Of a stretch of DNA of 64,000 nucleotides, positions 28,991-39,631 are shown piece by piece. The translations under genes and the position numbers were made by a program. Under the pieces are notes generated by a model, which saw only the letters and a program-made list of their open reading frames with translations, had not been told where the DNA came from and made no database searches. Origin of the DNA: Eledone cirrhosa (lineage: Eukaryota); assembly GCA_964016885.1 (NCBI GenBank), contig OZ024757.1, positions 6,386,001 through 6,450,000 of the forward strand, read 5' to 3'. Within the stretch, counting starts at the first letter, position 1. Every line of letters starts with the position of its first letter.

Positions 28991-29559
28991 CTCATATCAT
29001 CATCATCACCGTTTTACATCCATTCTTCTATGCTAGCATGGGTTAGACGGGTTCTCCTGTTGAGGGCAGTGCCAGGTCGGGTGACCATGTCTTGCTCATA
29101 TGGGAACTGATTCTGGCTTGATCTCTACAGCTGGATGCCCTTCCTAACACCAACCTCATTTACAGTGAGTGCTGGGTGCTGTTTTCCGTGGCACCTATTT
29201 TATATATACTAGTTATATACACTATATATATATTATATATACATTACATATACACTATATATATTACATATACACTGTGTACAGCATATATGACGATGGG
29301 AAGGGCAAGATACAACTTGGCACCAGTGACATCACAACATATATACTATGTATATACACTATGTACAGTATATATACACTGTCACCCGTCATTTCTGTTC
29401 TCCTGGTCATTCTTCCTTACATGTTTCAGTCCTGGGTCTCCTTTTACATCATGGATCACAGGCCTCACGCACCAGGACTGGACAAAGTCTGATTCACCGC
29501 CTTGGGTCCTATTCCCCTCTTGGACTCAACTCACCGCCCCCCCCCCCCAATTTCTCTAA

Positions 29560-30170
29560 TACTCCGTCCATTATCACACCCCTAGATTCCTATCACTTTC
29601 TCTTCATCATTAACGTCTTCTCTTCAAACTAATACAGGCCGACTATATATGCTCACTCCACTTTTCCCTTCACTGCTCTTTATACATACACACCCTTATA
29701 TTAACATACTGTTGCTCATAGCTTTGTACTTACATGCACACACACTCTTTTACTCACATATACACACACATTTCTTCTTAGCTTCGTACGGACGTATAAT
29801 AACAGACACACACACACACTTACACATGTGCACAAGTGTAGATCTTTTTACAAAACGTTTTTTTTTCCATTTCAGGTAGACGTGCTCCATCATCCACTTT
29901 TCTAAAAAATAAATCATACACAAAACGCCAGCACCAACAGTTTTGCAAGAGATGTCAACATGAATGGACCTGTTATTTTTATCTAAAGACATTTTTTCCA
30001 ATCCCACCCCACCCATCTCCTCAATCTATTTTATTTCGCATTCTTTCTTCTGATGAAGGACTAGCATCTGAAACGTTAAGACCCTCTTCCTGTTATATAA
30101 AGCGTTAACCTAATATATCCCTTCGATATACTGTAACAATTGTGTTGTTATTTCTGTTTACCTTTTACAT
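29560..30170 (+). mobile_element. possible Penelope-like terminal-repeat relic with minimal hammerhead motif (30046-30081)
   Basis: tctt-CTGATGA-aggactagcatct-GAAA-cgtt-aaga in pyrimidine-rich, (CA)n-rich context. Confidence 0.4.
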
Positions 30171-30174
30171 ACAT

Positions 30175-31386
30175 ATATTATATATACACTGTGTACAGGA
30201 TATATTATACACTATATATATATATTATATATACACTATGTACAGTATATATTATACACTATATATGATGTTGTCCAAGAGAAAGGCAATGGCTGATACA
30301 GCTTGGCACCAGTGACATCACAACATATATACACTATATATATATATTATATATACACTATGTACAGTATATATTATACACTATATATAATGTTGTCCAA
30401 GAGAAAGGCTATGTGATACATCTTGGCACCAGTGACATCACAACATATATACTATATATACATTATATATACACTGTACAATATATATTATACACTATAT
30501 ATGATGTTGTCCAAGAGAAAGGCTATGGCTGATACAGCTTGGCACCAGTGTCACAACATATATACTATATATACATTATATATACACTGTGTACAGTATA
30601 TATTATATACTATATATAATGTTATCCAAGAGAAAGGCTATGGCTGATACAGCTTGGCACCAGTATCACAACATATACACTATATATATATTATATATAC
30701 ACTGTGTACAGTATATATACACTATATATACATTATATATACACTGTGTACAGTATATATTATACACTATATATGATGTTGTCCAAGAGAAAGGCAATGG
30801 CTTATACAGCTTGGCACCAGTGACATCACAACATATATACTATATATATATATTATATATACACTGTGTACAGTATATATTATACACTATATATGATGTT
30901 GTCCAAGAGAAAGACAATGGCTGATACAGCTTGGCACCAGTGTCACAACATATATACTATATATATATTATATATACACTGTGTACAGTATATATACACT
31001 ATATATATATTATATATACACTGTGTACAGTATATATTATACACTATATATAATGTTGTCCAAGAGAAAGGCTATGTGATACAGCTTGGCACCAGTATCA
31101 CAACATATATACTATATATATATTATATATACACTATGTACAGTATATATTATACACTATATATATATTATATATACACTGTGTACAGTATATATTATAC
31201 ACTATATATAATGTTGTCCAAGAGAAAGACAATGGCTGATACAGCTTGGCACCAGTAACATCTCAACATATATACACTATATATATATTATATATACACT
31301 GTGTACAGTATATATTATACACTATATATAATGTTGTCCAAGAGAAAGGCTATGGCTGATACAGCTTGGCACCAGTGACATCACAA
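30175..31386 (-). repeat. SINE-derived minisatellite array
   Basis: About nine ~55-bp cores with TA-rich spacers. The last core runs directly into the SINE head. Confidence 0.9.
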
Positions 31387-31522
31387 CTCATTTCTACAGC
31401 TGAGTAAACAATGTGAAATAAAGTGTCTTGCTCAAGGAAACAACAAATCATACGGTGCGATAATCGAACTCACAACCATACGATTGCAAGCCCAATGCTC
31501 TAACCACTAAGCCATGATACCT
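31331..31522 (-). mobile_element. tRNA/CORE-type SINE 5' part
   Basis: On -: tggcttagtggttagagc (A box), gagttcgatt (B box), ccttgagcaagacactttatttcac, then the satellite core. Confidence 0.8.
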
Positions 31523-31952
31523 TCCAGAACCAACCGTGATATAGAGAGACCATAAAGACAACCGTTGTTTTCATAGTCTAAGCTTTAAAATACCTCTCAT
31601 ACATGCTTTAAGTACATATAAACTCATTAAAACACACTTTTGTATTTAAACACCAAAAACAGCCAGTAACGATCGTATAGAAACTACCACCAACCATCAT
31701 ACCACTAGTTACCAATGAGGACTATTGCCAGCCACGGTAGCCACTTGGTAATACACTACACATCTCCCGTCAATCTATGAAGGGTTTGTAGTAGATTAGA
31801 GCAAAACACAATCAGTAAAACAGTAATGGAATGAAAAATATAAACATTTGTTCATAATTAAAGCCTTAAGATGTCCCTTCCTTACGATATACACTTTAAT
31901 AACATTGAAACTTATTTAATAAGTTTCAAATTTAAACACTTTTTATTCAGAC

Positions 31953-32046
31953 GTACCGCGATAAGAAATTAGATACGTTCCTAAGAAATATCCGCGATGT
32001 AACGGGACCGCGAAAAGTGAACCGCGATATAGCGGGGGATTATTGT
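31953..32046. mobile_element. pogo/Tigger-like terminal inverted repeat end
   Basis: ccgcgaaaagtgaaccgcgatatagcgggggatta(c/t)tg-ta. Copy B is at ~50515-50665. Confidence 0.55.
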
Positions 32047-32098
32047 ATATATACACACACAACATACATCTATCTATATACAATCATAACATATATTT

Positions 32099-32716
32099 CG
32101 GCAGTGTCATGGTATTAGCTGTCAGAAGTGAAAGTAGAAGAAGGTGACGTCATTCGTCAACCTTCTTAATCCTTTATTTCCGTATCACTATTCCCTTTAT
32201 TTATGTTTAGGATTTTCTAAGAGATACGTTTACGATGAGATACACTTATTAAAAAATATGGGGACCAAATAAGCCCGTAATTTTCGAGAGAAACGATAAT
32301 ATACAATTTATTTAACATGTGCATTAAAAACTACACTAGCTGTTACAATTGTAATTAACGTGTAAGAACTTAAATGAAAATATAGGTGGCCCTTAAAAGG
32401 GCCGGTGTTGAACTTAAATTTGGTTTCTAATTTGATAACCATGACTTGTTTCAACACCGGCCCTTTTAAGGGCCACCTATATTTTCATTTAAGTTCTTAC
32501 ACGTTAATTACAATTGTAACAGCTAGTGTAGTTTTTAATACACATGTTAAATAAGATTGTATATTATCGTTTCTCTCGAAAATTACGGGGTTATTTGGTC
32601 CTCATAAATAAAATAATAAACGTAAAAAAACGGAATAGTGATATGGAAATAAAGGATTGAAAAGGTTGACGACTGACGTCACCTTCTTTCTGACAGCTAA
32701 TACCACGACAGTGCCC
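32099..32716. mobile_element. palindromic MITE with a histone-type stem-loop in each arm
   Basis: Long inverted arms (ggcagtgtcatggtattagctgtcagaa / ttctgacagctaataccacgacagtgcc). GGCCCT-TTTA-AGGGCC-ACC at 32459-32477 (+) and 32385-32403 (-). Confidence 0.85.
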
Positions 32717-33069
32717 TTTATTTCGATATCTTACGTTAAAATGTTGACTGAGGGTGTGACAACTGTTTCTTGTTTGAGGTTGTTCCAGGGGTTGAAATAT
32801 AGACGGAGGTAATTAAATAATAAAGACAGTCATAACAATATATTTTATATCACATGTAACAGTGGAATCTGATGATTGAGAAATATCACATCAACATTTC
32901 AGTTTGGAAGTGTTTTTTCTATATATAAAAGTGGAGGAAGAAATATATTTTTCTAATGTTGTTATATATATTTTCACTTGTATATAATTACTGGGTCGTT
33001 GTAGGGTTCACATAATTATATTATTTACACACATTAATATAGACATTAAGTAAATCTTTGTCAACTTAC

Positions 33070-33268
33070 CTCCTTCACATATAATCAATGTATTGTGTTG
33101 TTAGTTGTTACTAAACAACCAAAGAAATAATCTCTTTGTTATCAAATTAGAAGTTTCAATGTTATCAGCTTTATTTCACGACATTAACGTTGGTGTATCT
33201 TCTTCATCTTTAGTCATAAATTGATATCTTGTCAGAATGAAGTAGTGAGGCTGACTTTATGTCTTTAG
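33070..33268 (-). other. predicted 199-nt non-coding 5'-UTR exon
   Basis: On -: tttcctatcaaatctgtAG| ... gaaggag|GTAAGTtg. Both sites and the length are conserved at 51696-51894. Confidence 0.5.
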
Positions 33269-33468
33269 CTACAGATTTGATAGGAAATATATATATATTA
33301 GGTTGATATGTGGTCTAAAATATATATATTGTCTATAAATGACTGATAGCAGATGTTCTGGTGAAATAGTAGTTTTACTACTACAGATTGTAATGGAACT
33401 CTTAGTAGACACAATTGTAAAGTAAGAATAGATATGACAGTGTAAGACTGATGGCGGGGAATTAAAAT

Positions 33469-33505
<37 letters not shown>

Positions 33506-33854
33506 GTTACACAAGATATAATTAGATTAATTAAATTTATAATGAAGACAGTAGGTACCCGCTGTGGTTGGTAATGTTTCAACTGTCGTACCGGTGCCAC
33601 ACGTTAAAAGTCCCTGATATAATTTAATACCTTCAGACACAGTTCCAATCGTATTTACTTGATTGTAAATCAGAAAGTATCACTCAATAAAATATCAATT
33701 ATATATCAATAAGAAAACCTCTACGTAGTCTCTCTAACTGCTAGAAATAGCAGCGATATTATCCAATACAACTGTTCTCTCTCTCTATATATATATTTAT
33801 ATATATACCCACACATATATGTACGTATGTATGTAAATGTGTATACAACTCTTA

Positions 33855-34470
33855 GTTGTATGTATAAACAACTATTTTATGGAGAGTTAGTTAAAGGAAA
33901 ACGACCTCCACATAAACCAAAAAAGAGGTCTAAGGATTCCTTGAAAGCCTCTTTGAAAGACGCTAACATCTCTGCTGATACATGGGAAAATGTTGCTGCT
34001 GATCGTAATGTGGGATGTGAGGAAGGGCATTACCATTGCATTTGCAGCCTCTGTGCGAGATTTTGCCTCAGCAAAGCTGGACTCGAAAGTCATCTTCGCA
34101 GTCACAAAGTAAGACCAGTGGTTGACTACCAGGCTGCTGTTGGAGATGCTACTCATCATGCCTGCCAAGCATGTGGTAGAGAATGTAACTCAGCAGGAAG
34201 GCTCAAACGACATGCAAAAGTACATCAACTCCAGCCACAGCCGGCTATTCCCAGTGAATGTTTTGGTTGCCAACTCTGTGCAAGACATTATAGATCATTG
34301 GCTGGGCTAAAAAGCCACATTCGATCGCAGCGCTGTTAGTTGCTATTATGTGTGTGCGTGTATATATATACATATATATATATATATATGTATATTATTA
34401 TTGTTGTTGTCGTTATTATTATTATTGTTTTTTTTTCCCTACTCGATAACGAGGGGGCAGCCATCATATA
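33855..34470 (+). mobile_element. 3' end of an RTE/BovB-like LINE with three C-terminal C2H2-like fingers
   Basis: KQLFYGELVKGKRP..KKR.KDSLKASLK..WENVAADR, then CSLC..HLRSH, CQAC..HAKVH and CQLC..HIRSQ. Confidence 0.7.
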
Positions 34471-34959
34471 TGGGTATGTATGAGTGTGTATGTGTGTTTG
34501 CACGTATGTATGGTGTGTATATATGTACATAGGGTTTTGGTATATGTACGTGTGGTGAACATGTGTATTTACCTGTAGGTATTTGAGTGTGCATTCTATA
34601 CGCATTTATGCGCGTATATTTATATATGTATACACACACACACATATTTATATGTGTGTGTGTGTATACGTTCGTATGTGTGTGGGTATGTGTCAAGCCG
34701 GTTTACGTATGTGTGCGCGTGTTTATGTGTACGTGCATGTATATGCATGCATGCCGTGTGTTTTCGCATATACACGTGTATAAATGTGTGTATGTATATA
34801 TTTAAGATTCATGATTTCAATAACATTCGTCATTTTCGTTCTACTAATTTATTTACATTATTCTGAACTCCGAAGCCGAGAATCATTCAGTTTCCTAAAT
34901 AATATATTAGTCTACGACTCCATTTATACCTTAAACGTGGTTTTGTCTTTGCGTGTAAT

Positions 34960-35150
34960 TGTTCTCACCGCTCCACATAACGAGGTATGATCTTCGCTTC
35001 TTTTCGTTCATTACCAGGGAACATCTTCACGAACCAAAGTATCGTCTTCCTGTTTTACTTCGGTTGCAGCATTTTTCAAAATATTTACTTCTACGTTCAC
35101 AGATTGATTTTTTTCAGTTTCAGATCCCGTTAAGGGTGAAAGCAGCAATT
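34960..35150 (-). promoter_or_regulatory. candidate ZNF promoter and first exon
   Basis: Locally CpG-rich non-microsatellite DNA with aaacaggaag (ETS-like) and possible donor cg|gtgaga at 34968. Conserved at ~54335-54520. Lies upstream of the 33.1-kb exon. Confidence 0.3.
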
Positions 35151-35269
35151 ATTTATGTATGTCGGGTGGGGATTGGAGAAGTAGGTCAGAGGGGTTACTT
35201 CGCTGGTAAGGGGGCGGGGTGTTAAGAAGTGGGGAGGAGGAAAATTGGGGCATACTTCAAACCACTAAA

Positions 35270-35690
35270 TGTTGCTTCATCCCGTGCACATGGGAATGCA
35301 GGTCTCATGCAGTACTGTATAACGCCAGAGATTTCAATCCTGTGTCATCACCTTTGTGAGGTACAAGGGTGTCAGGTCAGTTTTTACCTCCTCATCCCAA
35401 GCATTCATAGGTCTTCTTCTTCCATCAATTTCAAGCAGTCAACCTTTTATACAGCATCTCTACCTTCATACACATCACATGTCCATAACACAGCAATCTA
35501 CACTCCTGCATACTGTATCTTATCCCTCTCATGCCCAGGTTTTCTCTCAGATTATTTACACTTTGCTCTTCCTGTATATTAATATTACACATCCATTGGA
35601 GAATTCAAGCTTCATTTCTATCCAATCTTCGGAGGTCCTCTGCACACACCAACCAGATCTCACTGCAATGCAGCATTGCTGTTCATATTT
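35270..35690 (-). mobile_element. old RTE 3' fragment
   Basis: Homologue of 54650-55060 and inverted homologue of 6050-6460. Confidence 0.7.
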
Positions 35691-35694
35691 TCAT

Positions 35695-36590
35695 CCATTA
35701 CCTGGGTGACAAAATCAGCAGTGGGGGAGGGTGCTCTGAAAGTACAGTAGCTAGAGTCAGAACTGGGTGGAAAAAGTTCAGAGAGCTTATACCACTATTA
35801 GCCGATAAAGGGTTCTCCCTAAAAATGAAAGGCAGGTTGTACGATGCCTGCATACGAACAGCAATGTTGCATGGCAGTGAGACCTGGGCATTGTGTGCAG
35901 AGGATATACGCAGACTAGAGAGAAACGAAGCTTGCATGCTCCGCTGGATGTGTAATAGTAATATACGTGAACGACAAAGCATAAACGAACTAAGGAAAAA
36001 TTAGAAATAAGAGGGATCAGATGTTGTTTACTCGAGAGAAGGCTACGTTGGTATGGTCACGTGATGCGCATGAAGGACGATAGCTGTATAACAAAGTGCA
36101 GGGCAATAAAGATAGACGGTAGCCACGGAATAGGCAGACCCAGAAAAACCTGGGATGAGCTGATAAACTCCGACCTCACACACTTACACCTCACCAAGAC
36201 AATGTCACTGGACCGAGACCTTTGGCGGTACTCAGTAATAGAGAAGACCCGCCTTACCTAAATACAAAGTAAAACCTACTACAGTCAGTAGGCATCTCTA
36301 ACAAAATACACCCCCGTCCCACCACCCCCACCCCCTTCTATGTAAAGTTATGTTGGTGCCACAACATCCAGGCCGAAACAAATGAGGTCGTGTAGGTGTC
36401 ACGACAAAAAAAACACACAGTCCACGCTGTAATGTGGTTGGTGTTAGGAATGGCATCCAACTGTAGAAAACCTGCCAGACAGTCTTATGCGAGCAAGACA
36501 ACCATTCTTGCCTCAAGTGGGAAAACCCCCGTCCAAACCCATGCAAGCGTGGAACACGGACGTTAAGCTTTGATGATGATGATGATGATG
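35695..36590 (+). mobile_element. young 5'-truncated RTE insertion, copy A only
   Basis: YLGDKISSGGG...IEKTRLT*, 3' UTR and (GAT)n. Absent at the homologous site near 55060. Confidence 0.9.
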
Positions 36591-36969
36591 CAAATATCAA
36601 ATTGGTGAAACAACCTTTTGTAGCTAGCACCAGCAGTAGTAGCACCATAAACCTCTGCCATCTTGTTCTTACTCTTGTTTCTGTACTTTCAGAACACCTA
36701 CATCCACTGCTAATTTGGTCACCCTGGTAACAGAAACGGTCAACAGCTATAAATGTGTGACCATTGGTTTCCGAGTCCACTTATGGCCACCACTGTTTAT
36801 TGGGGAGAGGCACTTCCAAACAGACCCTTCATTGGGCATGTTGACAAATATATTAAAAGGAAGTTCTTTCCTCCAACAATTTTCACCCCAAACAGACGAG
36901 AGTTTCCTATTGTCAAAAAGGGAGGTAAATCTTTATTGGTGGAATTGTCAGTCTTAATTATATATGTAA

Positions 36970-38379
36970 CTAGCAGAGGTACCTGGCGTATCTCAGGCAT
37001 TAAATAGCTGTCATGTGTAGTATTCATGTCAATAACTCAGTGCTGCTTCGAAAACTATACTTGTACACAATCGTCTTTTTCCAAAAGGGGGTTCCAGCCC
37101 CCAGGGTCCCCTACTCAATATGTCCCAATTCATCTGTAAAACGTACGTAGCCCATGTGTCAAGTTTGGTAAAAATCGGTTGCGAACTCCAGAAGTTATGA
37201 CGTTTTGTTGCAATGCACTGCAGTGCTTCAGGCGACACCAAGGAAGTGGTTAAAGGGGGTTATCTGCCCCTGGGGAGCCCTATAATCAATATCTGGAAAA
37301 ATGAAAGTGCCCATGACCATCCGAAATACATAAGTAACATGTCTTAAATACAACACTGCTTGTAGTTTTCTAACACTCTTGCAGTAGCTTTACATTCAGC
37401 ATCTTGCGATCATCTAATTGCAGCCTTCACTGATGATTCCTTTGCTTTCCTTCTTTTCCCTCTCTCAGCTTTTGCTGTTTTTCGACCAATGGTGGATCTC
37501 TTCCTTGGAGGCCTTATCTAAGGAAAGAGGACATAACACACTAAGATGAGTAAAATGTTAACCAACAATTATTTAAGTTTTGCACATGTGACGTGATTGT
37601 CACGGTGATCCAGTACAGCCTTCGTCCACCTAGGGGCCACATTAGACACAAATGAAAAATTTTATGAGTCCACAACACTTCTGGGAACATAACCCTTTTT
37701 TGTTCCAAATTTGAAGAGAATCGGTTGCAAACTGTAGAAGTAACGTAGGTACGGACATACACACACACATCCTCAGTTTTATATGTATATATATAGAGAT
37801 GCATGTTTGTGTGTGTGTATGTGGACATTATCACTTCCCCAGACACACAACACAACACACACAGTCACAGTACGTCTTGTGTGAAAGAGAGAGAAAGAGA
37901 CGTAAGGTTGAGGAAGGGGGAGAGTTAAACAGTGTGTAAATAATAAATAAAAGTAAAAGTTGTTGAACGCTATCATTTTCTCCCCTCCCCAATCCCCTAC
38001 ACTCTCTTTCTCTACAGAATGGAGAACAATCAACAATGCACATTGTCGTCTACTTTGGTTGAAATTTCTATATGTATATTTCTAGTAAGTTGTTGCCACG
38101 TTTTGGAGGACTGAGTTGTGGGAGGAGGAAGGGGAGTAGTGGAAGAGAGGGTTTAACATACAGTAGTAGTATCTCCTCTTCCCCCTCTCTCACTGAAACA
38201 TCTCTTTCCTCCTCCATTGTAAAGATGTCCACAGGGGTTCCATTTATTGAAATATAATTAGCCAGTCGTTTCTGAATATTAGCTTAACATGTGTGTAAAG
38301 TTTCATCAGGATCTGATCACTGGTGTAGGTACCAACTGGTTATACACAGACAGACAGAAATTGCCATTTATATAGTAGA
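36970..38379 (-). mobile_element. non-autonomous Helitron, copy A only (1410 bp)
   Basis: On -: A|TCtactatataaa...(ctgt)n ... hairpin cctgagatacgccagg ... CTAG|T. The empty site tatgtaa|tta is at ~55811 in copy B. No TSD. Confidence 0.85.
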
Positions 38380-38389
38380 TTATACACAC

Positions 38390-39025
38390 ATAGAAGTGGT
38401 TGATTGCTTTTACAATCTAGTTGACTTAATTATCAGTAGAGGGGGCTGCTCTGAAAGATGAATAGCTAGAATAAGAATAGTATGGAAAAAGTTTACAGAG
38501 CTACTGCAACAGTTGACCACAAAAGGTTTCTCTCTCTGTACAAAAGGACAACTGTATGACACATGTGGGTGATGTGCAATGATGCATGGTAACTAAACAA
38601 GGGCTGTGACTGCAGAGGATATGTAGACTGGAGAGAAATGCAACAACCATGCTTTGTAGGATATGTTATGGAAGTGTGAGAGAAAGGCAGAGCTTGGACG
38701 AGTACAAGAAGAAGCTGGGTTTAAGAGTGATCTGAAGTGGTGTGTAAGAGAGAAGACTGTGTTTGTACAGACATGCGATGAACATGGATAATGACCACTG
38801 GGTGATGAAGTGCCAGGAAATCCCAGTAGAAGGAAACCATAGTAGAGGTAGACCAATAAAGACCTGGAGAGAGGCTGCGTGAACTGACTGCAAAGAACTG
38901 ACTCTCACAGAGGAGATGACAAAGGAACACGTCAAGTGGAAAGATGCCATGTTGAGAAGGACCTGTCCAACCAAGCAAGCATAGAAAAACCGACATAAAA
39001 ACAGTGATGATGTTGATGAAGATGA
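38390..39025 (+). mobile_element. old RTE 3' fragment
   Basis: Degenerate CSER.IARIRIVWKKF...RGRPIKTW with gat-repeat end. Confidence 0.7.
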
Positions 39026-39339
39026 CGTACATATACACACATACATATACAAATAAATCAAACACAGATATGCACATACGTATATACAAACATAGATACA
39101 ACATATACATGGACACAAATTTCTACACACATACATTCACATATATATAACGTGTGTAAATTCTGAAAAATACAGTTTTGTCGGCAAAACTCTTGGTTAC
39201 AACTTCTACAAATAAAATGAAAGAAGAATTTCTTAGTAAAACAGTTTTATTCAAAATATTAACAACATTGGTGGCACTATTTTGGGTGAGTGACATGGTT
39301 TTCATCTTGTCTAATTGTGTTACATTAAGTAATCTTTAG

Positions 39340-39631
39340 AAGAGAACGATTTACCACAGACATCACAGTGATATGGTTCCTCTCCTGTAGATGTTAGTGT
39401 CTAGTGAAGTCACAGAATTTAGAGAAGCATTTACCACAGACATCACAGTGATATGGTTCCTCTCCTGTAGATGTTAGTGTCTAATGAAGTCACAGAATTT
39501 AGAGAAGCATTTACCACAGACATCACAGTGATATGGTTCCTCTCCTGTAGATGTTAGTGTCTAATGAAGTCACAGAATTTAGAGAAGCATTTACCAGACA
39601 TCATAGTGATATGGTTCCTCTCCTGTAGATG
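39340..39631 (-). repeat. 80-bp tandem repeat of a dead zinc finger in the ZNF3 3' UTR (~4 copies)
   Basis: catcacagtgatatggttcc recurs at 39361, 39441 and 39521. Confidence 0.85.

Noticed and set aside
30175-31386. CRISPR-like repeat-spacer appearance (also 1-985, 42.7 and 61.3 kb)
   Set aside because: Spacers are low-complexity and similar to one another, the repeat is a SINE fragment, there are no cas genes and the context is eukaryotic.
31440-31522. tRNA genes at A/B-box sequences (also 7.9, 12.65, 50.0, 55.5 kb)
   Set aside because: No convincing cloverleaf. Each continues into a SINE body, and two have TSDs.
33827-34339. 170-aa zinc-finger ORF as a host gene
   Set aside because: The ATG comes from a microsatellite, the body is a LINE C-terminus and the duplicate has a premature stop.
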